From contig LVLI01000214.1 of assembly GCA_001687465.1 (NCBI GenBank), positions 124,001 to 188,000 of the forward strand: DNA of 64,000 nt, written 5' to 3'. The translations under genes were made by a program, and so were the position numbers. This document shows, in pieces, positions 59,665-64,000 of the stretch. The first letter of the stretch is position 1. Each line of letters opens with the position of its first letter. The notes under the pieces were generated by a model. The model searched no databases. It saw only the letters and a program-made list of their open reading frames with translations, and was not told the origin of the DNA. This stretch comes from Halocafeteria seosinensis. Taxonomy: Eukaryota.

Positions 59665-62358
59665 CTAGTTCTTACTACCGTCGCGATTATACACTTCTGG
59701 TGTAGAGTAAATCGACACATGGTGAGATTTCTTAATTTCGTCCTGGGACTCAGTATTGGGCTCGCTCCCCAGAGGAGAATCTGTTGCTTCCAACACCACA
59801 TCCGTTGCTGGTGCCTCGGCACCAGTAATTTCGCATCTGGACGATTCACAGTATTTATCAGGCATTTCGGGATCACCATCGCACACATTTGAAAAGTCTA
59901 ATGCTGATAATGCGTTATATCGGCGTCGGTATTCGTCCTCACTGATCTCCTCGTAAGGCATCTGCACGTAGCTTCCATTAGCGCGTGGTAGGAACGAAAC
60001 CCCTTTGAGCTGGTATTGAAAGAACTGAAGGGCATTAGCGATGTCATCCTTCTCAGTCTCCGGATCAAACGTTACTGTAGAAGATACCTGGTTATCGGCC
60101 CAATAACGCTGTAGAAATGCAGCCAGGGACAATTGTTCCCAAAGACTCAACGAGCGAGCAGTTCGGACTCCAGCGCCGACATCTACGGGAATGCTAACAA
60201 CCGCTGTGTCATCTTCATACTTAGAGGGTTCAATCTCGTAGCCAGCTGCTTCGAGAGGTGCAATCAATTGAGAGCTCTTAGCGATGCGTACCCTCCTAAT
60301 ATAAAAACGGGATTCAGGATAATGCATCCCAGGGGTAGCTCCAGCAAGAAGTGATACAGTTCCACTTGGCTTGATGCACGTTGTTTTTATAGACCGGGGT
60401 ATTGCCAGCCAGTCACTGTATTTTTGGTCATAACGCTGAATCGTCTCATATCCGCGTTCACACCACGCTTTGAGTTCGTGAACCCCTCTGTTCGCAATGA
60501 ATTGAGCAATCCCACTCATACTACATCCAATGCGGCGGTTTCTTAAGAGAACACGATTCGTCAAAGGCCAATGTGTTCTACCTAATGTAACTGTTTTAGC
60601 GTACAAATACGCGTATTTCAAGGTCCTTCGAAAGTCTTCTAGATCCTCGTGGTTATCCGGGAAAGTCTCCACCAAACAGCAGAGTTCATAACTCTCCAAA
60701 GTCTGTTCAAGACACGGGTTTCCGCCCTGCAGTTGGCGAAAAGGCACTTTACCAAACTTCAGACATTGTGGTACCTTTTAGAGAGTCTCAACCTACTTGC
60801 GCCCTGCTATCCTTGTAGTTCGGTGGATCACCGATACGGCCGAATTTTCTCATGTTTTCTAACCAAGCAAATCCAGGTTCCCCGTTCATCGAAATCCTCT
60901 CAGCTACACTACTATAGTCCATTCCCAACTCAGCGAACACACTATTGTTAGAAGTCCAGCCATAAGAAGCTCGCTGGGGATTCTTTTCGAAATTTTTCAG
61001 GTCGAGGAATTCTTCCTGCGAAAAGAGTAATACTCGTGCCCACGAAGCATCAGTGTATATTGCCCCGCAACGTTAGACGTACCTGTTTCGGATCTCCGAA
61101 AGCGATTTCTGCAGTGCGTCGCACATTACCACTTACAACGCATTTTCCAATCTGATTCATTATATCCGTTATAGCCGTCACAGTGATCTGCTTTCCTACA
61201 ATAGGCTTTAACGTTTCTTCAATGTCCTTGTGCAGCTCTTTCAATGATTCTGGACCAGATGCAACTCCTCCAAACCCCTGCATAATACAACTTATATAAG
61301 ATAACGACTGGCTCGGCAACATAATGTTGGTCGCTTACTTTTATGGGAGAGCCAGCAGGCCTGATTTTACTATAGTCAAAAGTAGGAAGTTGCTTTCCAA
61401 GGAAGTAGGAGTTAAGCAAGATGGAGACGCTTTCCACCCATCCTTCTCTAGAATCGCCAATAACAAACGGCTGCTTGTGCTTACTCTCTTTTGGTCCTTT
61501 TACGGTTATTGGGTTATCGTTTTGCGCACCGACGGTGTCGAATCCGACTCCTACCCCTAGCATCGCGGCATCCATCAAGAAACAAAAAGGACGAGATGGG
61601 TCATCTCTTGAGTTCTCCTTAAGGGCATTTGTGCTGACAAAGGCGCAGTTATTGAGAGCAGCGTAGAGTTTTTTCTCCTCGGTGATAGGCGATCCCATTG
61701 CCCATAATCCTCTCCCGGGAGGTAAAAACTTCATCTTAAAGATGCGATCAAACATTTCCTGAGCACTCTTTTGGGCTCTCCAGGGATTCCATCCCAGCTG
61801 ATGCTGCTCTATCCAACGCTTTTGCATTGTGTACGTGCCATTGACGACACGCTCGATCGTTTCGTACCACCTCTCTTTCGATCCATCATCCTTCTGACGC
61901 GCATATGTTCTCTGGTACACGAGCTCTCCTAGACCATTAAACCCGAAAGGAGGCTTTCCCTCCGCGTACTTCTGAACAAATTTTGGACTCAATCGAAAGG
62001 GAGACTTTTCATCCAACTGTGATGTAATGAAGAGTTCGTCGTCTGGGTCCTCTACTGAAGCATAAACACCAGCAGAGTTATCTGAGTCATCACTGTCCTC
62101 AACCGGCTGTACACTAAAGTTTTTTTGCCCTGAAGGATTGTAAAGCGAGCTTTGCCAGTCCAAGGTGTCATGAGTATCTCCCGAAAACGTCGACAGACAA
62201 CGAGGTTGTTCATGTCGAATCCAGCTTATTGAGTTTATTGTGGTGCTGTTTAAGCGCATATGAGAGCGTCTGGATGCAATTCTCGACCTTGCAAAGCCTC
62301 GAGCCTTTGATGCGAGGCTCGGAAATGAGCTGCCGATGCTTGTGTGCAAAAACTTCAT
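59665..62358 (-). CDS. nrdJ: Class II adenosylcobalamin-dependent ribonucleotide reductase (monomeric RTPR/NrdJ-type), 4 exons
   Basis: Motifs GELVYQRTYAR, FLPPGRGLW, ALNNCAFVST, GVGVGFD, DSREGWV, GFGGVASGP, VVSGNVRRTAEI, GGNPCLEQ.L..YELCCL, IKPSGTVSLLAG, DNQVS and a C-terminal YCESSRC. GT-AG introns at 61338-61278, 61082-61016 and 60796-60727. Confidence 0.95.
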
Positions 62359-62958
62359 CGTAACCTTGCCGTGTGTCTGATTCTCCAGCGGCACTTTCGC
62401 CGTTCTATAACAGAATCGTTGCCTGCAGACCAATGGGCCCAGCTCTCACCACCGATAACAGTGGCGAATTGTATTAACACAACGGACAGGCTCAATGTCT
62501 GCCAGCAATCTTGCTCCCGTACAAGACCCCAAGCATGCTGCTGGCGTTGTTGAAGTTAGCCAGCCAGCAGCTTCACATTACTATCAACTGCGGCATTGCA
62601 CGCTACAGACTGCTACAGTATAGCAGTTAACTTGTGTGCGCTGCACAGCCATTCTTACTACATGCCCAGGGTTGTACCGGATTATGGTGGCAGCGATCAT
62701 TACGTTTCGTAATAATTCAACTGCGCGCAGTGAAACTAGATATATTGAAGAGGCGGATGTTGTCAGCATGCTAGGTGTTGCTCCATCAAGTCAAATCAGC
62801 CGTGGAGGAGTGAACAGAGAGTACATATATTCACAACACCTTGCACTATGCAGTTAATGTAGATCGCTGCCGCTTTAAAGTTCGGTGTGTCCTTTCTGAC
62901 GTCACGTTCGCCTCGTCGAACTGAAGTTTGCTTACCTTCTACGTCTAGGGACAAGGAA

Positions 62959-64000
62959 ATGCAGTTTCTATCCACTTCTATTCTAGCGCAATCAGAAGCG
63001 AAAGCTAGCCGTGCTGTGTCCTTCTTTACGAATCAACTAGGCCTACGCACTCTTTGGGGGCTCCAGCATTTGCGAGAAGTTGGGAGACCAGACATACTTA
63101 GTGCTGGATTGCAAGTCCCTAATGGATCGGTCATCGAGGTCATGACTATTGATGGGGGTTTAGAGGCCTATACTGTTAGTGGGCAGTACGACAAGTTCTC
63201 TAGATATCTTCAAAACCTCGTCAAGTATCCCACCAAGCCGCCGATGTCGGAGGAACAACGTCCGCTCAAAATTCTGGCGGTAAGTACAGGGCCTAGGAAT
63301 TCCCTGACGATCCCACAGCTACAAAGTCTTTCAACGTTTGCCCTACCTCCCGCAAACGATGACCATTGGAGGAAGTGGATTAGCTATGGTTCATACGCCA
63401 CAGGAATTAACGTTCAGCCACAAGTACTCAAATGGGACACTGGTTGTTCCCCTTCCGCTCCTGCTGAAACTCCTATTAGGTGGGATCAAACCTCAAGCGA
63501 CAACGTAATCCGAGGTATAAAGGAAGTTGTGCTTTCAAATGACTTCGAGAACTTGAAATCGAATGAAGAACGCCTCCGGTCCATTGGTTTTAAGCGAAAC
63601 CCCGAGGCGTTATCTGTATGGAACGCGGAAAATGATGATAGTGTTGGTATCCGACTTCAGTTGGGGAATTTTTCTGCCCTTGTTCTAGAAACAGAAGAAT
63701 TGTCAGATGCATGGGAAAACCTTATGGAGTCGAGGAAAGAAAGACAATTCGAGATCTCTGAGTATGGCCGCAAGAGTGGAATCGACCAGGGACAGATCTT
63801 GCTAGAAGCCGACGACATTAAAGGGCTAGACTTGCGTGTATGTAGCCGCAGGTACGTTTTAACGCCCCCGTTAGTACTCTATGTATCTGGTTTATGTTTT
63901 ACGTTATTCTGTGTTTCAGGGAATTTGATCCTTTTTTCAACGAGTCTCAGGCGGCGTATCACGAAGATATTGACGAGACACTTAACCCGAACCAGCGCGA
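62959..64000 (+). CDS. Hypothetical protein, possibly glyoxalase/VOC fold; 3' end beyond the window
   Basis: Open frame from ATG 62959 (MQFLSTSILAQ..AVSFFTNQLGL..SAGLQVPNGSVIEV), with an intron at about 63852-63919. An upstream exon is possible. Confidence 0.6.
   Translation, partial: MQFLSTSILAQSEAKASRAVSFFTNQLGLRTLWGLQHLREVGRPDILSAGLQVPNGSVIEVMTIDGGLEAYTVSGQYDKFSRYLQNLVKYPTKPPMSEEQRPLKILAVSTGPRNSLTIPQLQSLSTFALPPANDDHWRKWISYGSYATGINVQPQVLKWDTGCSPSAPAETPIRWDQTSSDNVIRGIKEVVLSNDFENLKSNEERLRSIGFKRNPEALSVWNAENDDSVGIRLQLGNFSALVLETEELSDAWENLMESRKERQFEISEYGRKSGIDQGQILLEADDIKGLDLRVCSRRYVLTPPLVLYVSGLCFTLFCVSGNLILFSTSLRRRITKILTRHLTRTSA

Noticed and set aside
38834..62358. B12-pathway clustering of PCCB and the class II RNR
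   Set aside because: They are about 19 kb apart with unrelated genes between them, and PCCB itself does not use B12.
100..62857. Numerous 60-190 aa antisense or overlapping ORFs in the six-frame track
   Set aside because: They are shadow ORFs of real genes, often with non-ATG starts and no recognisable motifs.

Overview
This is gene-dense eukaryotic nuclear DNA with short GT-AG introns, mostly about 55-110 nt. It is probably from a flagellated protist: that is an inference from the FAM166/CIMIP2-like and kinesin-8 genes, and the taxon cannot be established from the sequence alone. About 25 protein-coding genes lie in an almost perfectly alternating strand order. In order: CLEC16A/TT9-like, NRDE2-like, an unknown Pro-rich membrane protein, a GT8 glycosyltransferase, CCT3, a conserved unknown, FAM166-like, an unknown, a GRIP-domain golgin, DnaJ, a DUF616 glycosyltransferase, an FkbM-like methyltransferase, NIT1, TBCE, a CAMK-group kinase, PCCB, SBDS, kinesin-8, POLE3/DPB4-like, TAM41, SECISBP2, gamma-glutamyl hydrolase, a HELZ/MOV10-like SF1 helicase, a class II (B12-dependent) ribonucleotide reductase and a partial VOC-fold-like gene. 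The most notable observations are five: (1) an intron-containing, bacterial-type class II RNR with a mitochondrial-presequence-like N-terminus; (2) a candidate large H/ACA RNA in the oversized first intron of CCT3; (3) an intronless glycosyltransferase plus methyltransferase pair that interrupts the alternating gene order; (4) two convergent genes whose stop codons share one CTAG; (5) a helicase with a Q/M/N-rich prion-like tail. I saw no tRNA, rRNA, CRISPR array or transposon. Gene spans include introns, and all splice sites were assigned by eye.
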